Origin: Rhodospirillales bacterium
Lineage (GTDB): Bacteria > Pseudomonadota > Alphaproteobacteria > Bin95
Assembly: GCA_038143065.1 (NCBI GenBank)
Contig: JAYQLI010000007.1
Coordinates: forward strand, 1 to 38,872
Direction of reading: 5' to 3'
DNA length: 38,872 bases
In this document: in pieces, positions 22,080 to 30,504 of the stretch
Position numbering within the stretch: the stretch's first letter is position 1
Layout of the letters: each line of letters opens with the position of its first letter
Made by a program: the position numbers and the translations under genes
Notes under the pieces: model-generated
What the model was told of the DNA's origin: nothing
Databases searched by the model: none
Seen by the model: only the letters and a program-made list of their open reading frames with translations

Positions 22080-22178
22080 CAAGCGTAATTAGCTTAATCG
22101 ACTGTGCAACCTGAGCAACTTCAGGAATTAAGCAGTAATATGCTCAATAAACGCCCCGCTTATTTCACCGCGTATCAT
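22080..22178 (-). pseudogene. Terminase large subunit 5' remnant, copy 1
   Basis: Manual translation MIRGEISGAFIEH(fs)YCLIPEVAQVAQSIKLI, homologous to the copies at 23058 and 23597. Confidence 0.7.
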
Positions 22179-22215
22179 TTGTATGCTAACCTCTCAGCCA
22201 AAAAAGGAGAAATTA

Positions 22216-22478
22216 ATGTTTGCCACATTTACTGATTGGACTTTGATGAACCAAAAACATTTGCTGAAAGCGCGGAAGAGTTGTGGCCAAGCATGAAAGA
22301 GGCTGGCGCAGTGAATATGCGAATTGTTCAAACAAGCGATAAGGGTGTGCGCACTATGACTATGTGGCCAGATGCTGAAATGCGCTAATGGCTATTCAGG
22401 CAATTTCAACAGTGGGCACTTCCTCAAATTGAAGCGGTGGGAGGCGCTAAAGGCGCTGTTTTAGCGGAGTTTAATTAA
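22216..22478 (+). CDS. Cassette 1: small hypothetical protein (about 87 aa, probable alpha+beta barrel), missed by the ORF track because of indels
   Basis: RBS AAGGAG; MFATFTDW..DEPKTFAESAEELWPSMKEAGAVNMRIVQTSDKGVRTMTMWPDAE...GAKGAVLAEFN*. Confidence 0.6.
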
Positions 22479-22540
22479 ACTGCTTAGCGATCAGCTTATT
22501 AACGCTAAAGACCTTTAAAGCCGCGCTAGCCTCTCTTTGC
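22471..22540 (-). pseudogene. Terminase small subunit 3' remnant, copy 1
   Basis: EASAALKVFSVNKLIAKQFN*, aligning to the C-terminus of the terS pseudogene at 24577-25045. Confidence 0.65.
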
Positions 22541-22591
22541 ACCATAATCATTTATGTTCTACCTTCACGAAAGAAACAAGGGAAGCAAGTA

Positions 22592-22978
22592 ATGGCTGAA
22601 CTAAACGCACACTCTGACCGCATGGTCCTAGTATTTAATTGTAAAGTTAAAAACGCCGATGATTTCAAGGCTTGGTCTAAAGATCGGGCGGCAAAATATG
22701 TTTACGAATGTAACGAAGAAAACACTATAAGTTATGAATGGCACATTTCTAATAACGGATCTGAAGCAACTCTTATAGAAACTTTTATAGACAGCGACAG
22801 CATGATGGTGCGCCTTGGAAACCACGGGGCCAGTCCAATTGCAGCTGAAGTTATGGAGCAAGTCGAAATAACCGGCGTTCTATGTTTAGGCAATGCCAAG
22901 CAAGATGCCAGAGATGCTCTGTCCGCTTGGGGTGCAATCTTCCATGCACACCATGCTGGCTTTCATAAAAGTAATTAA
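22592..22978 (+). CDS. Cassette 2: antibiotic-biosynthesis-monooxygenase-like (ABM) protein
   Basis: E..TISYEWHIS.....LIETFIDSDSM..RL pattern; clean 128-aa ORF. Confidence 0.7.
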   Translation: MAELNAHSDRMVLVFNCKVKNADDFKAWSKDRAAKYVYECNEENTISYEWHISNNGSEATLIETFIDSDSMMVRLGNHGASPIAAEVMEQVEITGVLCLGNAKQDARDALSAWGAIFHAHHAGFHKSN

Positions 22979-22987
22979 GCAGCTTAT

Positions 22988-23058
22988 TTAACGAATGGGA
23001 TGAGCGATCAGCCCATCAACACCAACACCCCTTTAAGCCGCTCTAGACTCAACCTTAG
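22988..23058 (-). pseudogene. Terminase small subunit 3' remnant, copy 2
   Basis: AKVESRA.(fs)KGVGVDGLIAHPIR*. Confidence 0.7.
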
Positions 23059-23160
23059 CCATGCGGGTAATCAATCACATACAGAATGAACATGCGATAA
23101 TCCTTCATAAGCTTGATTGGTTGCCCAGCCTGAGCTTTTTCTTAAATTAAACAATAATGT
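23058..23160 (-). pseudogene. Terminase large subunit 5' remnant, copy 2
   Basis: HYCLI*EKAQAGQPIKLMKDYRMFILYVIDYPHG. Confidence 0.7.
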
Positions 23161-23237
23161 TATCTTTCGTGGCGTAATATTTGACAGAAACGGATCACTG
23201 CTTTTCGATGATTGAAGTCATAACTAGGGAGAGAAAA

Positions 23238-23522
23238 ATGTCATACTACACAATTTCGCACTGGGAAGCCGATGAATGGACAGATGAAATGGAAGCAATT
23301 GCTAAAGATAAATTTGGCCCAATGATTATGGCTGTGGGTGCTAGTTCAGTCGATTTTGTTAAAACCGGTGACAATACAATGTGCGTTGTAACCAAGTATA
23401 AAGATGAAGCAACTGGAACGGCTGCTCTGGCAAAGATTGCTGAAATTCGAGGTCAAGCCGCATCAACGCTGCCGGTCAGGATGGTTTCTGACGTTAAAGG
23501 TTCTGCATTCGTAAGTATGTAA
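23238..23522 (+). CDS. Cassette 3: small hypothetical protein (94 aa, probable alpha+beta barrel)
   Basis: RBS GGGAGAG; MSYYTISHW...GASSVDFVKTGD..CVVTKYKD. Confidence 0.7.
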   Translation: MSYYTISHWEADEWTDEMEAIAKDKFGPMIMAVGASSVDFVKTGDNTMCVVTKYKDEATGTAALAKIAEIRGQAASTLPVRMVSDVKGSAFVSM

Positions 23523-23523
23523 T

Positions 23524-23597
23524 TTAATGAGCGGGCTGAGCGATCAGCCCTCAACTCCAACAGCCATTAAAGCCGATCTAGCCTCGCCTCAACAGCG
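23524..23597 (-). pseudogene. Terminase small subunit 3' remnant, copy 3
   Basis: VE.EARSALMAVGVEG(fs)LIAQPAH*. Confidence 0.75.
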
Positions 23598-23804
23598 CTA
23601 GCAGTATGGCGGCGATTATCGCAGACTTGTCGTATTTTCTCGCCACTGACAGATAAGCGCGCCTGGCGCCGTGCGGGTTATCAAAGACATCCAGAATAAA
23701 CTTGCGCTGAAATTTGATCAGATTTGCGGTTGACCAATCTGAGCGCCTTCTGGGATCAGGCTGTAATGCTTAATGAATGCGCATATCTTTTGGCCGCGTG
23801 TCAT
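23597..23804 (-). pseudogene. Terminase large subunit 5' remnant, copy 3 (longest)
   Basis: MTRGQKICAFIKHYSLIPEGAQIGQP(fs)LIKFQRKFILDVFDNPHGARRAYLSVARKYDKSAIIAAILLA; N-terminus of an HK97-like TerL with Walker A RKNGKS decayed to RKYDKS. Confidence 0.82.
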
Positions 23805-23888
23805 AACAATGTCACCTTTCGTTACGTAATCATTGACATGGGCCGTCACCAAATAGTGGGCTAAGGATATCAGAAGAGGGGAAATTAA

Positions 23889-24260
23889 ATGACACCCAAA
23901 GAAGTGGTACAAAAAGGATATGATTGTTTTGCATCAGGCGATATGGAAACTTTCGTCGGACTGTTCCATGAGGATTGCACCGTCACAATAAACGGAATGC
24001 ACAAATTCTCCGGAACCTATAATGGGATAAATGAGTTCATGGGCGTATTAGCATTGATACCATCCCACTATGATAATTTTTCTGTGACCGTGGCGAATAT
24101 GATTTCTGAAGGAGATCAAGTCGCAACTCAACTGGATGCATCTGCTGACGGTATGGAAGCTAAATTTGGGCATTTCCATAGAATTGAAGGAGAAAAAATA
24201 AAGGAGTTTTGGATTTACGATGATAGCCAAAAAATGGCGCATGCAATGAAAGCCGTTTGA
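23889..24260 (+). CDS. Cassette 4a: SnoaL-like / NTF2-family protein
   Basis: VVQKGYDCFASGDME....FHED, SGTYNG, ISEGDQV, HFHRIEGEKIKEF. Confidence 0.85.
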   Translation: MTPKEVVQKGYDCFASGDMETFVGLFHEDCTVTINGMHKFSGTYNGINEFMGVLALIPSHYDNFSVTVANMISEGDQVATQLDASADGMEAKFGHFHRIEGEKIKEFWIYDDSQKMAHAMKAV

Positions 24261-24316
24261 TTTAATTTGTTGGTTGGGCAAACGGCCCAGCCACACCTAT
24301 CTTAAGGAGACATAAG

Positions 24317-24580
24317 ATGAACGTATTTATGCACGGAACAGTAGAAGCTGGTTTTGATGTTCTTAAATCTAAGATTGAAAGCGATATGGCAGGTCCAGCA
24401 GGAAAATTTGTTGATGAATATCGCCTCGCTCATCTTGGTAATGGTGAAATTATGTTTTGCGCACAGGTGAATGATTTTGAAAAGATGGGGACATTCATGA
24501 ATGACCCTGCTGAAGTGCAGTGGGACAAAGACCACGGTTGTGTTTACAAAGTTTATTCAGTCGAAGAAATGCAGGATTAA
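24317..24580 (+). CDS. Cassette 4b: small hypothetical protein (87 aa, probable alpha+beta barrel)
   Basis: RBS AAGGAG; V.DFEKMGTFMNDP....WD..HG...VY pattern. Confidence 0.7.
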   Translation: MNVFMHGTVEAGFDVLKSKIESDMAGPAGKFVDEYRLAHLGNGEIMFCAQVNDFEKMGTFMNDPAEVQWDKDHGCVYKVYSVEEMQD

Positions 24581-25045
24581 TTTACAAGCTGATCGACCAG
24601 TCCCGCAACGCCAACGTCCTTAAGCGCAGCCCGCGCAGCGCCCTCTAAATTAGCCGCTACATGAATCGTGCGCGGATCAGAGGTCGTTTTGTTTATCGAC
24701 ATTGAACGAATTATCATCAACTGACACCGCTTAAGGACATCAATAACTGACAGAAGCGAGTTTGGAATTGGCGTCCCGGGCTTATTAGAACATCATTACC
24801 ATGGCATCCAACTCAATCTGAGCTACCCGGAAGTCCACTTCCATCCTTACAATTTTCGTCAATAAGAACAAGTCCATATCACGCCAATCTGACCTCGCGC
24901 GGGCGCGGGTGAACTAGTGTCAGATTATTAGCTCAACCTCGCTGCGCAGCTCCACTCCAGCAGGCAGTGGGATGAGATCATTGATGGCACCCACAAAGCC
25001 TGCCACCGCAGAGATCGCACCATTTTTGTCAGATCGTTTTTTCAT
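24577..25045 (-). pseudogene. Full-length but decayed terminase small subunit (P27-like, cos/HK97-type module)
   Basis: MKKRSDKN..SAVAGF.GAI..IPLPAGVELRSE.E.II*H*FTRARARSDWRDMDL.LL.KIVRME....GTPIPN.LLSVID.....IRSMS.N.T.SDPRTI..AA.LEGAARAALKDVGVAGLVDQLVN*; in-frame stops; sits downstream of HNH and upstream of terL. Confidence 0.8.
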
Positions 25046-25124
25046 AATTCTGTTACGACCTCTCGTTATGTTCCTATTTATCTTGACTTGCTGTTACTGA
25101 CCCACGTTTTGATCTCATTTAAAG

Positions 25125-25215
25125 CGTGGGTTTTTTTCGTAAACGCAAAAACGTTTTAATGTGAACACCAGTTTCTTGCCCTTGGCTTTTAACTTCTGAC
25201 TCACCCCCCCGACGT
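25125..25215 (-). other. Possible cos-like packaging-site region between HNH and terS
   Basis: G-run GGGGGGGTGAGTCA followed by TTTTTGCGTTTACG in the HNH-terS interval, where HK97-like phages carry cos. Confidence 0.4.
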
Positions 25216-25315
25216 TACGTCAAAAAAATTGTTGTTGAAATCTAGCAGGACGCAGTTTTATTGTTTGTGTAGCCAAACTGTAGGGAACCTTCATTTATTA
25301 GGGAATGGAGGCTCC

Positions 25316-25579
25316 ATGCTTAACACTCATACAGCAAATCTATTTGAACATGTCCTTTGGCACTGCCAAAACGTCTATAAGCTAAATACTCTTCAAGAAG
25401 CTGTAATAGTTGCGAGGCGAGACGGCTTTTTAGACTGGGACAACAAACTAACTCCAATTGGGCGACATGTTGCAGAATTAATGATGCAAGACTTCGAAAA
25501 TTATAAATCGCTCTTTGAAGTTGATGTTAAAAAGCGGCCGGGTTATGTTTACCAACCGGCTATCCATCAGCTCCAATAG
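25316..25579 (+). CDS. Hypothetical protein on the opposite strand between HNH and terS
   Basis: RBS GGAGG then MLNTHT...ARRDGFLDWDNKLTPIGRHVA; its 3' end overlaps the HNH remnant. Confidence 0.55.
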   Translation: MLNTHTANLFEHVLWHCQNVYKLNTLQEAVIVARRDGFLDWDNKLTPIGRHVAELMMQDFENYKSLFEVDVKKRPGYVYQPAIHQLQ

Positions 25580-25880
25580 TCATGTCGTATCCCCACGCTT
25601 CGTCCAATTGGATCGGGCCTGAGTGACAGCGCCAGCAAACTGTTTGTAAGCAATTTAGATCAAAGAACAGTTTTAGATCACCCTCGTGTGGCTTTAATTG
25701 GCTCACCACTGCACTACGTGGGTGAACCCTGCCTGCCTGCAATTGTGCGCCGCAGCCGCTGTGTTGATACTGGTAATCTTCGCATGTGACAGCCTGACGC
25801 CTGAGTGTTGTTCAATGCTTCGTGCTGTAAAGCGAGCGATATGGCTGTGCTTATGCACTCCGATGAGTAATTGATCATAT
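25545..25880 (-). pseudogene. Phage HNH endonuclease (gp74-like), decayed
   Basis: YRSLYSTKH*TTLRRQ...GCGAQLQAGRVHPRSAVVSQLKPHEGDLKLFFDLNCLQTVCWRCHSG.IQ..E..GYD.TIGADG*P; nonsense codons, and the VVHH motif is altered to VVSQ. Confidence 0.78.
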
Positions 25881-25991
25881 TTTAGCCATAACCTAGTTTT
25901 CACTGGTTGAATTTTATGCAGATAAAATGTGCGTTGAAAGTATACCTATGTATTCTTTGACTATGAGCACTGGCGTTATATTTCTCACGGT

Positions 25992-26171
25992 ATGAAACGG
26001 AAAATCTGCTATAAGTGCGAAGCTATATGCAATTCTTTAAGTGAAGATTGCCCAAGTTGTGGAACATTACTGAGTTCCAAAACCTTAGACAATTTTAACT
26101 TAATGCCTTTGATTGTTGCCGTCTGCGCTTCATTCTTGATAATTGGCGCTATGATCGGCGCCACTGCATAA
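25992..26171 (+). CDS. 59-aa zinc-ribbon protein with C-terminal transmembrane helix
   Basis: MKRKICYKCEAICNSLSEDCPSCG...LIVAVCASFLIIGAMIGATA*; two CxxC pairs; below the ORF-track cutoff. Confidence 0.55.
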   Translation: MKRKICYKCEAICNSLSEDCPSCGTLLSSKTLDNFNLMPLIVAVCASFLIIGAMIGATA

Positions 26172-26506
26172 TTAAGCAACTTCGCAAGTTACTACACTTG
26201 ATTGATCAATATACATTTGGTGCACACTCAATGTAACAAGTGCAGGCACTAGGCTAGTGTCACACAGCTGTTATAGTTGAACTTGATATTATGCTTGCGT
26301 GACCGCTTCTCCCGCGGACCAATGGCAGCCAAACATCTTATAAATTCAATCTAATCCAGTTGCCAACTAATTCAGCATTTCTTCATACATGGTTTTATAT
26401 AAAGCCTTTCTCAATATAGGGGTACCCCTGGGGTGGGGGTCTGGTCAAAATGATTTGGTATAATGAGCGATATATTTGAGTTTCAGATAAACTTATCGGC
26501 CTAACG

Positions 26507-26527
26507 GTGAAACCTAAGTGAAACCTA
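26507..26527 (+). repeat. Putative arm-type sites (GTGAAACCTA x2, 11-nt period)
   Basis: Perfect 10-bp direct repeat about 60 nt from the tRNA-Thr att core. Confidence 0.55.
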
Positions 26528-26567
26528 TTTAGGTGATAATATTCCCCATAGAGGCTTTAAAGTCATC

Positions 26568-26580
26568 TAAGTCATTGATT
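26568..26580 (-). promoter_or_regulatory. IHF-binding consensus next to an att site
   Basis: Reverse complement AATCAATGACTTA matches WATCAANNNNTTR. Confidence 0.6.
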
Positions 26581-26584
26581 TTAA

Positions 26585-26637
26585 TGGTGCCCCCACACGG
26601 ACTCGAACCGCGGACCTGTTTGATTACAAATTAGCTG
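26585..26637 (-). pseudogene. 3' fragment of tRNA-Thr(TGT), att-site duplication
   Basis: Reverse complement ..TTTGTAATCA..AGGTCCGCGGTTCGAGTCCGTGTGGGGGCACCA: anticodon loop, T arm, acceptor 3' strand and CCA; no D arm or 5' acceptor strand. Confidence 0.82.
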
Positions 26638-26785
26638 GTCCTAGTGTGCAGCTCATCCTCAAAACAATGTAAGATAAAATTTTTTATGTTTAAAAACAAT
26701 ACATAAATAAATTTATCCTGTGCAATAAGATTGCAAAGCAGAGCAAAGAACTGTATGATTTTTGGAACCCATATGGAACCCACGG

Positions 26786-27954
26786 ATGCCACGCAGAACA
26801 ACATCTCGATTAACAGACGCTTTTGTCAGAAGTCTTAAGCCACGTGAAAAGCGCTATGATGTTTATGATGCACAGCTAGCTGGCTTTGGAATAAGAGTAA
26901 GCCCTTTAGGAACTAAAAGCTGGATAGTGCTTTCAAGAAACCTCCAAAGGAAAACGAGAGTAACACTGGGCCGATACCCTCAAATGCCATTAAATACCGC
27001 CCGGGCAACATGCGCTGGTCATTCTCAACGACATGGCGCAAGGGGAATATAAGCGCACCAATTCATTTGAGCTTTTTTCCGATGCACTTCAGGAATGGTA
27101 TTTAAGGGATCAATCGACCAATAAAAGTTTCGCCCAAGTTGAACAAACAATCGCACTGCATGTTGAACCCTATCTTAAGAACTTCAAGATTAGGGAAATT
27201 GAAAAAGGGATCTTCTTAAAAATTATTGACCGGGTCGGAAGAAAAGCGCCCACACAGGCAAATCGCGTTCTTTCTTTTGTTAAGAGGTTCTTTACATTGG
27301 TGCGTATCCAGAGACCTACTTGACGTATCTCCAGCAAATGGCATTGCAAAGTTTAAGACCGAACAAGGAGAGATCGGGTTCTCTCTCCCATCGAGTTGGA
27401 ACGTGTCTATCAGGCCTGTGACCAATTAGAGTATCCATTTGGTCCACTCTACAAAATCTTGCTTCTGACAGGGCAACGCTTGAATGAAGTTGCTGGCATG
27501 AGTTGGACTGAGGTTGATTTCGATAATGCAATATGGACTATTCCAAGCGAGCGCGCCAAAACAGATCGCCTTCATCTTGTTCATCTAAGCAAACCAGTAT
27601 TGAAAGAGCTAAACGCTCTTTATGAATTCACATCATCAGACTTAGTATTCACAACAACCGGCAGCACACCTGTTAGTGGATTTTCTAAATCAAAACGAAA
27701 ACTGGATCATCTATCAGGTGTAACGAATTGGCGTCTCCATGATTTACGCCGCAGTTTCGCAACTGTAACAACGGAGACACTGGGCTTTGAGCCGCCTGTT
27801 GTCGATCGGATCTAAACCATGAGTGGTAGCGTTCAGGGAATCGCAGCAGTATATCAGCGCGGAGAATATCTCAAAAACGGAAAGAAGTACTGAAGGATGG
27901 GCTAATTACCTCGAGGGTCTGGGACAGTATGGAACCCTTCAGATAGTGTCCTAA
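26786..27954 (+). CDS. P4-like tyrosine integrase with arm-DNA-binding (DUF4102) domain, frameshifted
   Basis: LTDAFVRSLKP..RYDVYD..LAGFGIRVSP.GTKSW..TLGRYP; LLLTGQRLNEV; WRLHDLRRSFAT; GIAAVYQR. Confidence 0.9.
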
Positions 27955-28158
27955 TCGTTCCAAAGAAATCCCATAAAAAGTGTTTAAAAACAGTGTTTTA
28001 TTTGTATTTTTAACCGTTTTTTTATTTACGGGCAAACCGTGTCTGTGCTATGCCTAAAGCCAAAGAGATCTTTAAATTGGAAGTTGTGAGCCCATTACAG
28101 TGCTTCAACACATATTTTGTCGTCATAAATTTCGACGCCAATTCGACAAGGAGATAAC

Positions 28159-28340
28159 ATGCCAAACTTTATTTCACGAAAAGATATACTAGCCACTTTT
28201 GATATCAGCGTTTGGACACTCAGGCGCTGGCAAAAACATCGAGGGTCCCAGAGCCAATCTCAGTAAGCGGCATCAAAAAAATGTATGTCAAACCTGAGGT
28301 GGATGCTTGGGTTCTAGAAAGGGCAATTAAAAAAAGCTGA
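28159..28340 (+). CDS. AlpA/excisionase-like HTH protein (1 indel)
   Basis: RBS AAGGAG; MPNFISRKDILATFDISVWTLRRWQKHRG(F)PEPI......MY.KPEVDAW. Confidence 0.75.
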
Positions 28341-28356
28341 AGAGAAACTCAAATAG

Positions 28357-29517
28357 ATGTCCGGGGAAGATGATGAAGATTGGGGTTATTCCGGTTACTC
28401 TAAAATCGAATTACGTAACTTTATAAATTGCGATGATAGTATATATGTCTCCAATAATCCTTATAAAGACCGGATAAAAAAAAGAGCCTACATAGTTGAC
28501 GGCCTGATAGAGGTGAATCCATTAATATTTTCTACGGTGATCCTAAAATGGGAAAATCACTCCTTCAGGTTGATTTAGCTTCTAGTCTAACAAGTGGCGG
28601 AAACTGGGCTAATTTAGATACAGCAAACTGCTTAATCCTTTATATGGCTTTTGAAGATCCAGAAGGGATAGAAGACCGCCTCACTCTATCAAGTATAAAA
28701 AAGAGGTTTGTGAAAGAGGGAATTGTTGACCATTTGCTTCCAATTTACAGGCCTCCTGATATCTTTAGTGATAAAGCTATAGCTGCTCTGGAGTTAAGAC
28801 TTCTCGAATACCAAAGATATTTTGATCATCAAATTATTATTATAGATACTTTATCACTTGCTATGGCTAGGGTTGGCGATGAAAATAGTAGTGTAGCCAT
28901 GGGCATAGTCATTGATACATGCCGAAGATTAAGGGATGCGGGTTATACAATATTTATCGTCCACCATACACTGCAAAGATCAACGCAGAGGATTGCGTGG
29001 ACACAAGTCATTACAAGCAGCAGCTGATAGTATCTTTTTAGTAAAAAAGAAGCTCCGCTCATCAATAGTCAATGTTGAAAGAATTGAATATCGAAATGGA
29101 CCAGAGGTGAGAAATTTAATTTTGAGATTAAAACTGACTTTCTTGAGTACGCTCCAAACGAGCCAATTTCTATCTGGAGTTTATTGGTGAGGTTGGTCAG
29201 TCAAAAACAGAGAACAAGCCATCGCACAGGGAAGTAGCTGTGCTGAACCTACTTGGGCAGCTTTTTGAAGCAGATCCAGTGAATATAAAGCTCGTTTTTT
29301 GGGCTAGATAGGGATCGCTATGCCGTACAGTACGCTCAGCTGTTAGCTGCATTCATTGCAGCGAACATCTCTCCTCAAGCAAAAATCCAAAGCTTCTCAA
29401 GCTAAGGCTTTAAAGCGGACCCTCGAAAGTCTTGTTGAAAAAGGTCTAATCAATGAGCGCGATGGGTTTTATTGGCTGCCAGAAAATGAGCAGACGAACG
29501 ATGACAATCAAACCTGA
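28357..29517 (+). CDS. AAA_25 / RepA-like SF4 helicase with probable C-terminal winged helix, frameshifted
   Basis: YIVDGLI, FYGDPKMGKS (Walker A), LYMAFED, IIIIDTL (Walker B), DENS, IVHH..K...RGLRG.SL.AAAD. Confidence 0.82.
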
Positions 29518-29536
29518 TCTGCCAAAACGGAACCAA

Positions 29537-29577
29537 GACAGTGTGGCACCCCCATATAGGGGGTGTCCACTATTGTC
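29537..29577. repeat. Inverted repeat right after the helicase gene (candidate replication origin)
   Basis: GACAGTGTGGCACCCCC-ATATA-GGGGGTGTCCACTATTGTC imperfect palindrome. Confidence 0.45.
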
Positions 29578-29789
29578 CATTGGCGCGTGTCTTGTCTTAG
29601 GTACCCTAGACGTTTTGAAAACTAAGGTCTCGGGCTTTTAAAACGACCGCACCCTTTTTTGAAGATAAATAATTTTATGCCTTTACTCTGTGATTAGCTC
29701 AAACGATTACACGATTTGCACTTAGCTGCACCGCTTACAGGGAGAGCAAAAATTGTTACTATAAGACACCCTATAGAAGGTGTCTTTTT

Positions 29790-30100
29790 GACAGTAGCAA
29801 AACATATCTCTGAGTTAGGCCGCCCTACCCGCTTCGGGCCTAATTGGCCGGGAAAAGGTGCTTGGCTAAAACCCGAAAAGGAACCCCATGCCAGCGCCCC
29901 GCTTTCAAACACAATGGCAGGTGCAGTTTGCATGGTGGGCTTTCAACCGGCGCTAAGACAATAGATGGTCTTCAAAAGAATTTCAGAGGCTAATCTTAAA
30001 CATGGCAGGTATACAAAGGATAAGCTGCAAGCCCAGCGCCACGCTGCTGAGGTTGGCCGCAGAGTTTTGGCAGAACTAAAAGAATTGAGCAGTATCTTAC
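29790..30100 (+). CDS. HGGxSTG-domain protein, frameshifted and possibly 3'-truncated
   Basis: Joined frames read RCLAKTRKGTPCQRPAFKHNGRCSLHGGLSTGAKT.DGL.RISEANLKHGRYT. Confidence 0.8.
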
Positions 30101-30164
30101 CACTCTGTCCTTCTAGTTTTGACTCCTGCCGGGAAGGAAAAGAAGACTTAGACTACTCATAGCG

Positions 30165-30315
30165 CTATCCTTTCCACGGTTGGGGTCCCTCTGGAATTAT
30201 TGTATTTTTTCCACGTACGATTGCGCCTTCTGCGTCATACATCGGCAGGCTGCAAATCTGTGCGCTATAGGTATAGCCTTGCGTACCAATCAATTTCACT
30301 TCAGTGCCAGGGCCC
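30165..30315 (-). pseudogene. C-terminal fragment of a GcvT-like aminomethyltransferase
   Basis: PGTEVKLIG.....SAQICSLPMYDAEGAIVRG....P; no upstream part. Confidence 0.45.
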
Positions 30316-30504
30316 GTCTCAGGATCATCCAAGTTGAGACACCGACAAAATAGAGAGCACAGCTGTCTAGCCCCCTATATTTGTCCACTAATTTTTGGTT
30401 TCTCTAATAGGGTTTCTGGGGCTGGCTGTCGATCCCCGGTTTTTTAACGACTTAGCGAAATTGTTCGAGCCCCGCCTGGGAGGAGACGGAGGCCCGACTT
30501 GTTT

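Noticed and set aside
22471-24640. Spacer repeats read as integron attC sites or a CRISPR array
   Set aside because: No consistent RYYYAAC...GTTRRRY palindromic attC structure, no IntI or cas genes, and irregular long spacing; the repeats are better explained as terS/terL coding remnants.
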